64,000 nt of DNA from positions 66,473-130,472 of the forward strand of contig JAKVOZ010000002.1 of the NCBI GenBank assembly GCA_022482545.1. Direction: 5' to 3'. Origin of the DNA: Bacteroidales bacterium. GTDB lineage: Bacteria; Bacteroidota; Bacteroidia; Bacteroidales; P3. Every line of letters begins with the position of its first letter. The stretch's first letter is position 1. The notes beneath the pieces were generated by a model. That model saw nothing but the letters and a program-made list of their open reading frames with translations. It searched no databases and had not been told where the DNA came from. The position numbers and the translations under genes are program-made. Positions 32,201 through 40,621 of this stretch are shown in pieces.

Positions 32201-32484
32201 CAATATCAAATGTTACTAATGATAAAGTTCAAATTAGTTTGAATGTTTATCCAAATCCTGCTTCAACTCAAACAACAATAGCTTATACATTAGATAATAA
32301 CACAAAGGTGTCATTTAACTTATATGATATTAACGGAAGATTAGTTTCTACATTAAATAAAGGACAACAAGCAAAAGGTTCTCACAATCAAGTATTAAAT
32401 ATAAACAATATGAAAAAAGGTGTTTATATGATAAAGATGATAACAAATAATTCTGTTCGTTCAGCAAAATTAATCGTAGAATAA
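29263..32484 (+). CDS. BNR/Asp-box beta-propeller protein with T9SS C-terminal sorting domain
   Basis: 1073 aa. Signal peptide, Asp-box-like motifs (SVNNGKNW, STDGGTTF). C-terminus ...VYPNPASTQTTIAY...GVYMIKMITNNSVRSAKLIVE is a typical type-A CTD. Confidence 0.8.
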   Translation: MKNRKLLLSLLIFTFVGMLTSSTRAVSSITINADGNTGSEKSWTSIGPNNVSGRVRSAMFDKYNKGVVYAGTVGGGLYVSVNNGKNWKEVKLGNGEGIAVTALAQDENGIVYVGTGEGYYANALHNENPTGHSNNTSGMIGTGIYKMTVPSDYNKAWATGLTDQAKYTYILNNIVFNVLPTTKPTNRYDISDKWAYINEMACVGTTVYVGTKNAGLQVSTDGGTTFTNVPLEGNASINIYDLKVNANNRLAVSYDNQGGRVAINTVENPTTFTKIFDNTSIGYSADTTVIGRIKLSFGQKNPNTLCVVATDYLSDYNYNYFGAYGSLRGVYLTRQLDNASWSSITSSNVGLGSTLGNAMAVCVNDRDIVEKVYVGGTTIKQGYDNNGVGIFSFSSMASNTVEHTSAFYVAPNIHNILMLDNPQTLADSIFLMVTTDAGIFTYQFDSLLHGARWIPSNFGMNSLQAYKVAGGADGSIVAASQSNAITYMIGTKDNDTLSRAETIWSINNPDYLTLVSNEGDAYMGYNSSMWSGSNVAASAINKTLPQQRKPFILARPNNNITRTYGNKGDYETINTNTWTYGGGVSQLLFNGNAYSDLALAPFNTPMAFWETFNASTKVKDSVYLKLTEHSVIHRNGKLLPCINGERILDGDSVMVQSDNLGYPFFHVFNKTAESVGDTVIFKNQDTSILVQSPVQARLLIGTNAGAFLTTKILDFSRTFQLYPTKTDLAWGRIFTVPGTDSINKLNSRIHTLALSMDGNYAFIAIDKYSNYSTYEKTQLLRIKGLNESDLADAIEFKGASADINRFVLDTIATFTRQISSIRCNPIDSTKMVITFDGYNPSNANVMYSNDVLSATPTFNDISLSADKTKPVFTALYETMKNATGNVLYVGSDDGIYKTTNYMAANVDWTLEDSTLNVPVYDLWQQIQNQPMIHYYTYSGSNSEEVQFNATQNPGIMYAATYGKGILMNKKNIVEGKPDVSISNVTNDKVQISLNVYPNPASTQTTIAYTLDNNTKVSFNLYDINGRLVSTLNKGQQAKGSHNQVLNINNMKKGVYMIKMITNNSVRSAKLIVE

Positions 32485-32511
32485 ATAAATTCTAAAATAT
32501 TAAAACACTAA

Positions 32512-32544
32512 ATAGGAAGCAGTAAAATGTTTCCTATTTTTTTA
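32512..32544 (+). terminator. intrinsic terminator
   Basis: 7-bp stem ATAGGAA/TTCCTAT, 12-nt loop, T7 run. Confidence 0.6.
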
Positions 32545-32561
32545 TTGCTATTATATTCAAA

Positions 32562-32666
32562 TGGTTCTTTAATCCAATAAAATAGATTAAAGAACTATTT
32601 TATTATCTCTTTATTCTATTTCAACGGAATGAAGAACTATTTTTGTCTCTTTTGATTTCATTAAAA
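32562..32666. repeat. C-array: five 20-22-bp units in both orientations
   Basis: Includes a perfect 11-bp inverted doublet GTTCTTTAATC/GATTAAAGAAC at 32564-32595. Confidence 0.85.
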
Positions 32667-32761
32667 TACTAATAGAAATACTAAAATCTAATATTTTGAG
32701 TTATATTATATAATATTTATTAAAAACAAAGATTTAAATAAAAAAGACAACTTGGTAAAGA

Positions 32762-33796
32762 ATGTTGAATAAGAAAATACTACTAACAATTATAATTACT
32801 CTTAGTTCTATAACTTTATTGTTTTCTCAGTCTGAGGCAGGAAAGAATGGATATGCTATCTTGAACTTATATAATAGTGCAAGAATGACTTCACTTGGTA
32901 TTAATTCTATGCCACGTTTTTCAAACGACGCAAGTTCGGCACTAACTAATCCATCAATATTAGATAGTTCATTAAATAAAAATATCTCAGTAACATATAC
33001 AGATTTGTTTGCGGGAGCCTTTCAAGGAGCCTTAGCATATACAAGAACATTTCAAAAATATGGTAATTTTGGTTTTGGACTTCAATGGATAAATTATGGG
33101 AAATTCACACAAACAGAAGAAAATGGTGATGAGGTTGGTAGTTTTTCCGTAAATGATTATATGCTTACTGTTTCGTGGGGAAGACAAATAGAGAAGAATA
33201 TCTTTATTGGGGCAACAATGAAGCCTATTTTTTCTCAATATGAATCATATACAGCATTTGCATTAGCGTTTGATTTGGCAGCAACTTATGTTAGCAATTC
33301 TAAGTTATGGCAAGCATCGTTTGTTGTTAAGAATATAGGACGACAAATTGATGCGTTTTCTAATGAAAGAGATACATTACCGTTTGATATTCAGCTTGGA
33401 GTTTCAAAACAATTTAAACATGCACCAGTAATTTTGTATGTTGTTGCAACAGATTTGCAGAAATGGAACATAAGAGAAAATGATGATTTGAATCCGCGAG
33501 ATAAAACGAATATAGATGGTACAGTAGATAAAGAAAAGACATTCTCTGCATTCTTGGATAAAGGGTTTCGCCATTTGCATTTTGCTGCTGACATAACGCC
33601 AAGTAAGTATTTTTATCTTTCATTAGGTTATTCGTGGCGGCAACATCAAGAGATGAAAGTTGATGATGCTTTTTCTTTGGCAGGACTTTCTTATGGCTTT
33701 GGGATAAACTATAAAAAATATACTCTAAATTATGCTCGTAATGAGTATCATCGCTATGGTTCACCAAATTATATTACAATTGGTTATAAATTTTAA
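32762..33796 (+). CDS. PorQ / PorP-SprF-like T9SS-associated outer-membrane beta-barrel
   Basis: 344 aa. Signal peptide, N-terminal NSARMTSLG...NPS motif, alternating beta-strand pattern, C-terminal aromatic residue (YKF). Family assignment is from memory only. Confidence 0.5.
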   Translation: MLNKKILLTIIITLSSITLLFSQSEAGKNGYAILNLYNSARMTSLGINSMPRFSNDASSALTNPSILDSSLNKNISVTYTDLFAGAFQGALAYTRTFQKYGNFGFGLQWINYGKFTQTEENGDEVGSFSVNDYMLTVSWGRQIEKNIFIGATMKPIFSQYESYTAFALAFDLAATYVSNSKLWQASFVVKNIGRQIDAFSNERDTLPFDIQLGVSKQFKHAPVILYVVATDLQKWNIRENDDLNPRDKTNIDGTVDKEKTFSAFLDKGFRHLHFAADITPSKYFYLSLGYSWRQHQEMKVDDAFSLAGLSYGFGINYKKYTLNYARNEYHRYGSPNYITIGYKF

Positions 33797-33824
33797 CATA
33801 AATAAACTTAAAAAAATAAATGAT

Positions 33825-34370
33825 ATGAAAACAATTTTTGATTTCACGATGAAAAGTCTTAAAGGTAAAGACGTTTCTTTTAAAGATTATCAAGGCAAAG
33901 TACTTCTTGTAGTAAATACAGCAAGCAAATGTGGATTTACTCCTCAATATGCTGGATTAGAAAAACTTTATGAGCAATATAAAGATAAAGGTCTTGTTGT
34001 TCTTGGTTTTCCTTGCAATCAGTTTTTAGCACAAGAGCCAGGTGATGCAAAAGAAATACAAGAGAGTTGCTTAGTTAATTATGGTGTTTCTTTTCCAATG
34101 TTTGCAAAGATAGATGTTAATGGAGATAAAGCCCCAGAGTTATATAGATTTTTGAAAGATAAAGCACCTTTTATGGGGTATCCTGATAAAGAATTAGGAG
34201 CAAAACTTGACTCTATTCACAAAGAACATAGTCCAGAGTTTTTGAATGGTAATGAGATACGTTGGAATTTTACTAAGTTTCTTGTAAGTAGAGATGGTAA
34301 AACAATAAAGCGTTTTGAATCAATGGTAACTCCTGAAAGTATAGCAAAGGATATAGAAAATCTTTTGTAA
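33825..34370 (+). CDS. gpx: glutathione peroxidase (Cys type)
   Basis: VLLVVNTASKCGFTPQY, LGFPCNQF, WNFTKFLV. The ORF opens at 33732, but the ATG at 33825 gives the canonical N-terminus. Confidence 0.92.
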   Translation: MKTIFDFTMKSLKGKDVSFKDYQGKVLLVVNTASKCGFTPQYAGLEKLYEQYKDKGLVVLGFPCNQFLAQEPGDAKEIQESCLVNYGVSFPMFAKIDVNGDKAPELYRFLKDKAPFMGYPDKELGAKLDSIHKEHSPEFLNGNEIRWNFTKFLVSRDGKTIKRFESMVTPESIAKDIENLL

Positions 34371-34392
34371 ATGAAAGATATTCTTTTATAAG

Positions 34393-34436
34393 AAAAAAAG
34401 CGACTTAATGATTATATATTAAGTCGCTTTTTTTTA
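34393..34436. terminator. bidirectional intrinsic terminator
   Basis: Perfect 11-bp stem AGCGACTTAAT/ATTAAGTCGCT flanked by an A-run and a T-run, between convergent genes. Confidence 0.8.
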
Positions 34437-34453
34437 TTGTTATTTATATTCTA

Positions 34454-35212
34454 TTACTTGAATATATTTTTAATGATATAGCGAACTTTTTCTTTTTGTA
34501 CTTTTCCCATAGAAGATAAATCCATATAAGCTAAACCTATCATCTTCGGATTAGAAGTAGTTTTTCTCATAGTTTTTTTGTTCGATATTGCAGAAATATC
34601 AAAATTTCTATCAATAAATGATGCAGAAACATTATTTGTTTGAGATGGAGAGAAACTTTCGTCTAATGTATTAATAAGAGAAACATCCATAGTGTTTAAC
34701 TTTTCTAAGAAAGTATTATGAGTAGTATAAGAAGAATCATTGATATTTCCTGTGTAATTTACGTTGGTAAATTGATTAGACCATAAAGACATTTCATTAG
34801 ACCAATATTTAAATGCTGTGAGTAATTTACTATTATTATTATTGCTTGTTACATAAATAGGAGCAATTATACGATTAGAATAATACACAAAAGCAAATAA
34901 TGTTGTATCTTTATTAGAATTAACTTTTATATAACTATATAGATAAACAGTTACACCTAAATTAAGAGTTGTATCTTTATAAGAAGTATAACCTTTACTT
35001 AATAAAGAGTTTTGAGCAACTTCTTTTGTCATACCAATGAAAGATTTCAAATATTTTAAAGAAACTGTTTCTACTTCTGTTTCTGTTGGATTGTTGTTGT
35101 TTGAATTGTTGTTAGTATTATTATCATCTTTATCATCTCCACTACAAGATGGTAAACAAAAAGCCATCATCATTATGGCAGATAACATTAAAATTGTTTT
35201 TTTCATTTTCAT
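34454..35212 (-). CDS. lipoprotein of unknown function (N-rich linker)
   Basis: 252 aa, lipobox-like AFCLPSCSG. I recognise no family. Confidence 0.7.
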   Translation of the reverse strand: MKMKKTILMLSAIMMMAFCLPSCSGDDKDDNNTNNNSNNNNPTETEVETVSLKYLKSFIGMTKEVAQNSLLSKGYTSYKDTTLNLGVTVYLYSYIKVNSNKDTTLFAFVYYSNRIIAPIYVTSNNNNSKLLTAFKYWSNEMSLWSNQFTNVNYTGNINDSSYTTHNTFLEKLNTMDVSLINTLDESFSPSQTNNVSASFIDRNFDISAISNKKTMRKTTSNPKMIGLAYMDLSSMGKVQKEKVRYIIKNIFK

Positions 35213-35270
35213 TTTATTTTAAAATTAATAATTCTTTATTATGATACAATTAAAAGTATTAAGACGCTTA

Positions 35271-35278
35271 CAAAAGTA
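35271..35278 (-). promoter_or_regulatory. candidate -7 box TACTTTTG
   Basis: Plus-strand CAAAAGTA, 59 nt upstream of the ATG at 35212. Confidence 0.4.
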
Positions 35279-35328
35279 ATATTTTTTTCATAATAAACGC
35301 ACATAAATTTAATAAAAAGTAATATTTT

Positions 35329-36354
35329 TTATTCCTTTATCATCATTATTATAGGAAAATGGTCGCTTATTCCACCTTGATAGTGCATACCTTTGTATGT
35401 TGAAAAAGGAACATCTAAATGACTTTTGTTGTTCTTGTCTATTAAGAAATCAGGCTTAAAAATAAAACTTTCATTAAAGTTATCATTAAAAACAATCTTT
35501 TCTTTAATACTTTCAGATACTAAGAACTGGTCAAAACTTAAATATTCTCCATTATAAACATAAGAGCCGGTTTTTCCTTTGTTTTCTTGCATTAAGTTAA
35601 TCAGTAAAGGATTAGGATTGTTTGCATGTGCTTTTGTTTTAAAACCATCTTTTATTGTTTCGTCCCAAGGATTGTCGTTCATATCTCCCATAACAATAAA
35701 ATTCTTTTCTCCTTTTGTCATTAAAGAATCAATATGAGAATAAACCAAAGAAAAAATCTCTTGACGAAGATGCTTTTTTATGTTTTTTTCTCTACGTGAA
35801 GGCGCATGAACAACATAAATATTAACAAGCATTTCGCCTAATTTGCCTTTAACATAAAGAACGTCTCTTGTGCGGTCTTCTTCTTTTTGAATAGGTGCAG
35901 TTATAACTTTACTTTCTTGAACCGAAAATCGTTTAGGATTATATATAAGCGCAACATCTATTCCACGAATATCATTAGAAGAATAATGAATATATTTGTA
36001 TCCAACTTTTCTAAGAGGAGTATCCATAGTTAAAGCATTCAAGACAGTGTTATTCTCAATCTCGCTTAATCCAATAATTGAAGGCATATTGTTTTTATCA
36101 ATAGAAATATATGTTTTTGCGAGTTCATTTAGTTTGGTCTTATATTTTTTGAAAGTCCAATGTTTTTTACCTTCAAGCGTATATTCATCATCTTCTGTTA
36201 AAGAATCATTAAGAGGATAGAAAAGATTTTCGCAATTATGAAATACAATAATATCTTTTTGTGCTACTGCCATACTTGGTATCATACACAAAACAAGAGC
36301 AATGTTTTTTAAACGATTATTCTTTTTGCTTGAATTGTTTTTAGAATATTTCAT
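35329..36354 (-). CDS. endonuclease/exonuclease/phosphatase (EEP) family protein, secreted
   Basis: 341 aa. Signal peptide, GLSEIEN, GDMND, C-terminal SDHFPI motif. Confidence 0.8.
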   Translation of the reverse strand: MKYSKNNSSKKNNRLKNIALVLCMIPSMAVAQKDIIVFHNCENLFYPLNDSLTEDDEYTLEGKKHWTFKKYKTKLNELAKTYISIDKNNMPSIIGLSEIENNTVLNALTMDTPLRKVGYKYIHYSSNDIRGIDVALIYNPKRFSVQESKVITAPIQKEEDRTRDVLYVKGKLGEMLVNIYVVHAPSRREKNIKKHLRQEIFSLVYSHIDSLMTKGEKNFIVMGDMNDNPWDETIKDGFKTKAHANNPNPLLINLMQENKGKTGSYVYNGEYLSFDQFLVSESIKEKIVFNDNFNESFIFKPDFLIDKNNKSHLDVPFSTYKGMHYQGGISDHFPIIMMIKE

Positions 36355-36370
36355 AATAATTGTATTGTAT

Positions 36371-36410
36371 ATAAAAAGCCTGCATTATTCTTTTCTATTA
36401 ATGCAGGCTT
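36371..36410 (-). terminator. intrinsic terminator after gcvT
   Basis: Perfect 12-bp stem AAGCCTGCATTA/TAATGCAGGCTT, with a U-run on the minus strand. Confidence 0.75.
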
Positions 36411-36429
36411 AGTCTTATTTGTTATTAAA

Positions 36430-37536
36430 TTATTCTGCTTTATAGAAAGGCATCTTAACAACCTTTGCTTCAACAAGTTTTTCTCTTATCTTAATAAAAA
36501 TAGGAGTGTCTTTTTTAGAGAAAGCCGTATTAACGTGTGCTGTTCCTATTGATTTATGAAGAGAAGGAGAAGGGCAACCAGAGCAAACATGTCCTATTTT
36601 GTTGCCATCTTTATCACAAATATCATAACCTTCTCTTGGAATACCTTTGCCTATTACCTCAAAACCAACAAGTTTTTTAGCAACCTTAGTAGCCTTTTGT
36701 TCTTCCCAAAGTTTTCTGTTTATGAAATCATTGCCAAAAGTGAATTTAATGATAAAGTTTAATCCAGCCTCAATACCAGATGTTTCATCATTTATTTCAT
36801 GGCCATATAAACAAAATCCCATTTCCAAACGAAGTGTATCACGGCAACCAAGTCCAGCAGGCATAATACCAAATTCTTTTCCTGCTTCAAACACTGCGTC
36901 CCATATTTTCATTGAATCTTTTTTGTCAAAATAAACTTCGCAACCACCTGCTCCTGTATATCCTGTTGTAGAAAGAAGAACATTATCAACACCAGCAAGA
37001 GTTAAGTAATGGAAAGTATAATATTCCATATCAAGAATAGGAGTCTTAGTAAGTTTTTGCATAACTTTCAAAGCATTTGGTCCTTGAATAGCAAGTTGTC
37101 CATAATGTTCTGATTCGTTAGTAAAGTCTTTGCCAAGAGTTAAGCCCATTTTCTCTGCTATTTGACTCATCCAAGCCCAGTCTTTATCAATATTTGCTGC
37201 GTTTGGTACCATAAAATATTCGTCTTCTTTAACTCTATAAACTAACATATCATCAACAACACCACCTTTACCGTTTGGTAAAAGAGTATAAAGAACTTTT
37301 CCATCATAAAGAGAAGATATATCATTTGAAGTTACATATTGCATAAACTTAAATGCGTTCTTACCTTTTGCTCTAAATTCTCCCATATGAGAAACATCAA
37401 AAACACCAACATTATTTCTAACATTGTTGTGTTCTTCTATCAAACTTGTATATGATATTGGCATATTGTAGCCAGCAAACTCTGCCATCTTAGCACCTAA
37501 TTCAATGTGCTTTTGTGTGAATGGTGTATTTTTCAT
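36430..37536 (-). CDS. gcvT: glycine cleavage system aminomethyltransferase T
   Basis: 368 aa, FAGYNMPISY, FDVSHMGEF, TGYTGAGGCE. Confidence 0.94.
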   Translation of the reverse strand: MKNTPFTQKHIELGAKMAEFAGYNMPISYTSLIEEHNNVRNNVGVFDVSHMGEFRAKGKNAFKFMQYVTSNDISSLYDGKVLYTLLPNGKGGVVDDMLVYRVKEDEYFMVPNAANIDKDWAWMSQIAEKMGLTLGKDFTNESEHYGQLAIQGPNALKVMQKLTKTPILDMEYYTFHYLTLAGVDNVLLSTTGYTGAGGCEVYFDKKDSMKIWDAVFEAGKEFGIMPAGLGCRDTLRLEMGFCLYGHEINDETSGIEAGLNFIIKFTFGNDFINRKLWEEQKATKVAKKLVGFEVIGKGIPREGYDICDKDGNKIGHVCSGCPSPSLHKSIGTAHVNTAFSKKDTPIFIKIREKLVEAKVVKMPFYKAE

Positions 37537-37600
37537 CTTTTTATCTTGTTTTATTTAATTATTTTAATAATATTTTTCTTCATTACTCTAAAAGAATTTG

Positions 37601-37608
37601 CAAAAATA
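37601..37608 (-). promoter_or_regulatory. candidate -7 box TATTTTTG
   Basis: Plus-strand CAAAAATA, 65 nt upstream of the gcvT ATG. Confidence 0.35.
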
Positions 37609-37617
37609 TAAAAAAAA

Positions 37618-38388
37618 CTACTCTTTTTCAAATCTTTTTACTATTAATTCTTCATTATTCCATTTTGCATAACAACAATCATTTACCCAATCGCCAACAT
37701 TGATGTATCGTGCTTTGTTGTTAAGTGTTATATCGCAAACAATATGTCTATGACCAAACACAAAATAATCTATATCTTCTTTTTCTAAAACTTTCTTACA
37801 ATAAACATATATAGGTTCTTTTTCTTTTAAATCTATAAGGTCAATTGCTTTATGAGATTTTCTACTTTTCTTGCTCCAAGAGTTACCAACAGACATAAAC
37901 CAGTTAGTTGGACATAAAGATATGAATTTAATTGAAGCCCAGTTTTTGAACATAAAGTCAATGAACTTGTATTTAAAATCACTTTTGTCTAATCCATCGC
38001 CATGACCTATCATAAAACGTTTGCCATCAAGCACAATGATCTTACTGCTTTCTTTATGTATTTTTATGTTTAATTCTTTTTCAAAATAATCTTTTTGCCA
38101 AAAATCATGATTACCACAAAAGAAATCAATCTTTACTCCATTGTCAGTCAGTTCTGCTAACTTGCCAAGCAGTCTTACATAGCCTTTTGGTACTACATAC
38201 TTATATTCAAACCACAAATCAAAGATATCACCCAAAAGATATATCTGTTTGGCATCGTCTTTTATTGATTCCAAAAATCTTACTATCTTTTTCTCTCTTT
38301 CAAGGCTTGCTTTTTTGTTTGGCACTCCAAGATGAAAGTCAGCAAGAAAATAAACGCTATCTCTTTTGACTTGATTCATTGGCGACAT
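37618..38388 (-). CDS. lpxH: UDP-2,3-diacylglucosamine diphosphatase
   Basis: Metallophosphoesterase motifs ADFHLG, LGDIFDLW, GNHD, GHGD, GHRH. The ORF opens at 38418; the start is uncertain (38388 or 38379 avoid a long overlap). Confidence 0.85.
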   Translation of the reverse strand: MSPMNQVKRDSVYFLADFHLGVPNKKASLEREKKIVRFLESIKDDAKQIYLLGDIFDLWFEYKYVVPKGYVRLLGKLAELTDNGVKIDFFCGNHDFWQKDYFEKELNIKIHKESSKIIVLDGKRFMIGHGDGLDKSDFKYKFIDFMFKNWASIKFISLCPTNWFMSVGNSWSKKSRKSHKAIDLIDLKEKEPIYVYCKKVLEKEDIDYFVFGHRHIVCDITLNNKARYINVGDWVNDCCYAKWNNEELIVKRFEKE

Positions 38389-39118
38389 TTTGACTTTGTA
38401 CTTGTTTGGCTTGCTCAATAAAATTCTTTAAAGCAAGAGTGTGAGCATTGTTTGGATATTTCTTTTCTAATCCAACAAGGACTTTTTGATATATATCTAA
38501 ATCTGTGTGAAAATCTATTAAGGGCTCGTTCTCCATTGTACGATAAAGAGCAATTAGTGTTGTAAGCGAGCCAAGGTTAGCATTGATATAATCTATCATA
38601 AACTTACGTTGATTGTTTCTTAACAGCATATATCTTCCTCGCATCACTGTTTTCAAAGAATCAAAGTTGTCTGTACTACTCATATTCATTACATCGCTCA
38701 TAGTCTTTAATGCTAAACGACTCTTTGTTTGCTCATTGTTAAGAATTTGTAGTTTAGAAGATTCAGGCGAACCAGCAATCTTATAAGTAGATGCCATATC
38801 CTCAAAATTTGCATTAATCTTTATATCTTCTTTTCGTTGAGGACATATTGTTATGTAATCATTCTTTCCTTGAAGAATAAAAAGTGTTGGACTAGGAAGT
38901 TTTTCTGTTATAGAGAAATCACCATTTTTGTCTATCTCTATTGAATCTACTACTCTAACTCCTTGTTCTCTCATCTCCAAAAGAACAAGATAGCCTTTGT
39001 TGGCATTAGTCATATTGCCAGAAAGACGAAAACTTTCATTATCTACTTTCTTAAATTTACTGCATGAAGTAAAGATAAGAACCATTACTGCTAAGATTGT
39101 TAATAATTTTTTATTCAT
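38357..39118 (-). CDS. lipoprotein of unknown function
   Basis: 253 aa, lipobox IFTSCSK. The N-terminal region resembles DUF4369-type domains (from memory, weak). Confidence 0.65.
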   Translation of the reverse strand: MNKKLLTILAVMVLIFTSCSKFKKVDNESFRLSGNMTNANKGYLVLLEMREQGVRVVDSIEIDKNGDFSITEKLPSPTLFILQGKNDYITICPQRKEDIKINANFEDMASTYKIAGSPESSKLQILNNEQTKSRLALKTMSDVMNMSSTDNFDSLKTVMRGRYMLLRNNQRKFMIDYINANLGSLTTLIALYRTMENEPLIDFHTDLDIYQKVLVGLEKKYPNNAHTLALKNFIEQAKQVQSQNVANESSQKR

Positions 39119-39119
39119 T

Positions 39120-40121
39120 TTATTTGTTTGTTTTATTCATTAAAATCATATCCATCATTGTCATTGCAGCAACACTCTCCACAATAACACCAGAGCGAAA
39201 TATTTGACATTTGTCGTGTCTGCCTCCAAACTCTCTTTGTTCTATTACGCCATCTTTGCTAATAAGTTTCATCTTTTGACTTATCGTACCAATAGGACGA
39301 AACCCAACATGAAAAACAATACTCATTCCATTAGTTATTCCTGCATTTATTCCACCGCAATGATTACTTGTTGTTGAAAAATCATTATTCCAATTGTCTA
39401 AATCTTCACTGCCTTTTTTTTCTGTGCGTTTGAATCCATCGCCTATTTCAAAACCACAAACAGAAGGAATAGAGAATATATTTTTTGCTAACACTGCTGA
39501 AAACTTATCAAACAATGGCTCACCCAATCCTTTTACTGTGTTTTTTATCTCGCATCGTATCTTGCCACCAACGCTATCGCCTTCGTTATAAACATCTTCT
39601 AATAGTTTCTTTATCTCATCTTGCTCTTTTTCGTAATCAAATCCGCCAATGGATTCAATGTTAGAAGAAATTTTAACGCCATATTGTTTCAAACACATCT
39701 TTGCAATACTTCCTCCAACAACCATTATCGCAGTATTTCTTGCCGAAGCCATATCTTTTAATAGCAGATTATCTTGACCATATTTTAAATAATAAACATA
39801 ATCACAATGAGAGGGGCGAAAGAGATTAAGATTTTTTGTATAATCTTCTTGTTTGACGTCTTTGTTTTCAATATAAAAAGTGATATTAGAAGAAAGTGTT
39901 GTGTTGTTTTTTAGTCCTGAAAGGAAGATAACTTCATCTTGTTCAATTCTTTGAGTAGAATATTTATTGGAAGGTTTGCGTCTAAGCAGGTCATCGTTAA
40001 TCAAATCCATATCAATCTTAATTCCTTGTGGGCAACCTTCAATAATGCCACCAACAACCTTGCTATGACTACCGCCAAAGATTGTTAAGCAAAAATTTTC
40101 TCCCAAAGTATTGTGTCCCAT
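39120..40121 (-). CDS. aroC: chorismate synthase
   Basis: 333 aa, FGGSHS...GGIIEGCP, RRKP, SARNTA, GRHDKC motifs. Confidence 0.9.
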   Translation of the reverse strand: MGHNTLGENFCLTIFGGSHSKVVGGIIEGCPQGIKIDMDLINDDLLRRKPSNKYSTQRIEQDEVIFLSGLKNNTTLSSNITFYIENKDVKQEDYTKNLNLFRPSHCDYVYYLKYGQDNLLLKDMASARNTAIMVVGGSIAKMCLKQYGVKISSNIESIGGFDYEKEQDEIKKLLEDVYNEGDSVGGKIRCEIKNTVKGLGEPLFDKFSAVLAKNIFSIPSVCGFEIGDGFKRTEKKGSEDLDNWNNDFSTTSNHCGGINAGITNGMSIVFHVGFRPIGTISQKMKLISKDGVIEQREFGGRHDKCQIFRSGVIVESVAAMTMMDMILMNKTNK

Positions 40122-40154
40122 AAATGAAAAGTGTTAATCTTTTAATAATTTTTG

Positions 40155-40162
40155 CAAAGATA
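40155..40162 (-). promoter_or_regulatory. candidate -7 box TATCTTTG
   Basis: Plus-strand CAAAGATA, 34 nt upstream of the aroC ATG. Confidence 0.45.
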
Positions 40163-40286
40163 TTTTGTTTTTCTAACATCACAAAGAAATATTTTTATTC
40201 TTTTTCAAAATTTTATTTGAATCGTATTAGCATATAGAGAGATAGAATCAAAAGAGAGAAGATTGTTTTTTGAAGATAATAAAACA

Positions 40287-40420
40287 AAATAGCATTATAT
40301 TAGTAATAGAATGGCATTATGTTGATGATAGAATGGCATTATGTTGCAACAGAATGGCATTATGTTTTGATAGAATGGCATTATGTTATTAATAAAATGG
40401 CATTATGTTATTTGTAGAAT
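40287..40420. repeat. B-array copy 1: six 21-22-bp units AGAATGGCATTATGTT + 5-6 variable nt
   Basis: Units at 40287 (degenerate), 40308, 40330, 40351, 40372 and 40394, plus a partial unit at 40416. Confidence 0.95.
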
Positions 40421-40567
40421 GAAGAAAGAATGTTTTTTATCTTTAAACGAATTTAATAATTTCAAAAAATAATTGGGTTTTATGATGATTTTAATAAAAA
40501 AACCATACAAAAATTATATTTATAACAAAAAAAGGCAAAAAACTTTTATCATTAAGAATAAACTTGC

Positions 40568-40575
40568 TAACTTTG
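40568..40575 (+). promoter_or_regulatory. candidate -7 box TAACTTTG for korAB
   Basis: Matches TAnnTTTG, 47 nt upstream of the ATG at 40622. Confidence 0.5.
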
Positions 40576-40621
40576 CAAAAATTTAATTGTAGAAACAAAA
40601 TAATACAAAAATATAAAAGTT

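Noticed and set aside
33732-33824. 31-codon N-terminal extension of the glutathione peroxidase ORF, overlapping the PorQ-like gene
   Set aside because: The canonical Gpx N-terminus begins at the ATG at 33825. The extension (MLVMSIIAMVHQ...) overlaps the upstream gene's 3' end and has no homology value.
35283-35299. 17-mer TTTTTTCATAATAAACG shared with 43651-43667, each encoding an MKK... start on the minus strand
   Set aside because: A rough estimate for this base composition predicts about one such 17-mer match in 64 kb by chance. The 35.3-kb copy encodes only MKKILLL* and lies upstream of the neighbouring gene's promoter box.
37537-37617. Glycine riboswitch upstream of gcvT
   Set aside because: Only about 80 nt of AT-rich spacer is available. 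No GGAGAG/CACCG-type conserved cores are present, and the region is too short for even a single aptamer plus expression platform.
40287-40420. CRISPR array hypothesis for the 21-22-bp tandem arrays (also 17979-18076 and 47399-47529)
   Set aside because: The units abut with only 5-6 variable nt and no 25-40-bp spacers. The repeats are shorter than CRISPR repeats, and no cas genes are in the window.
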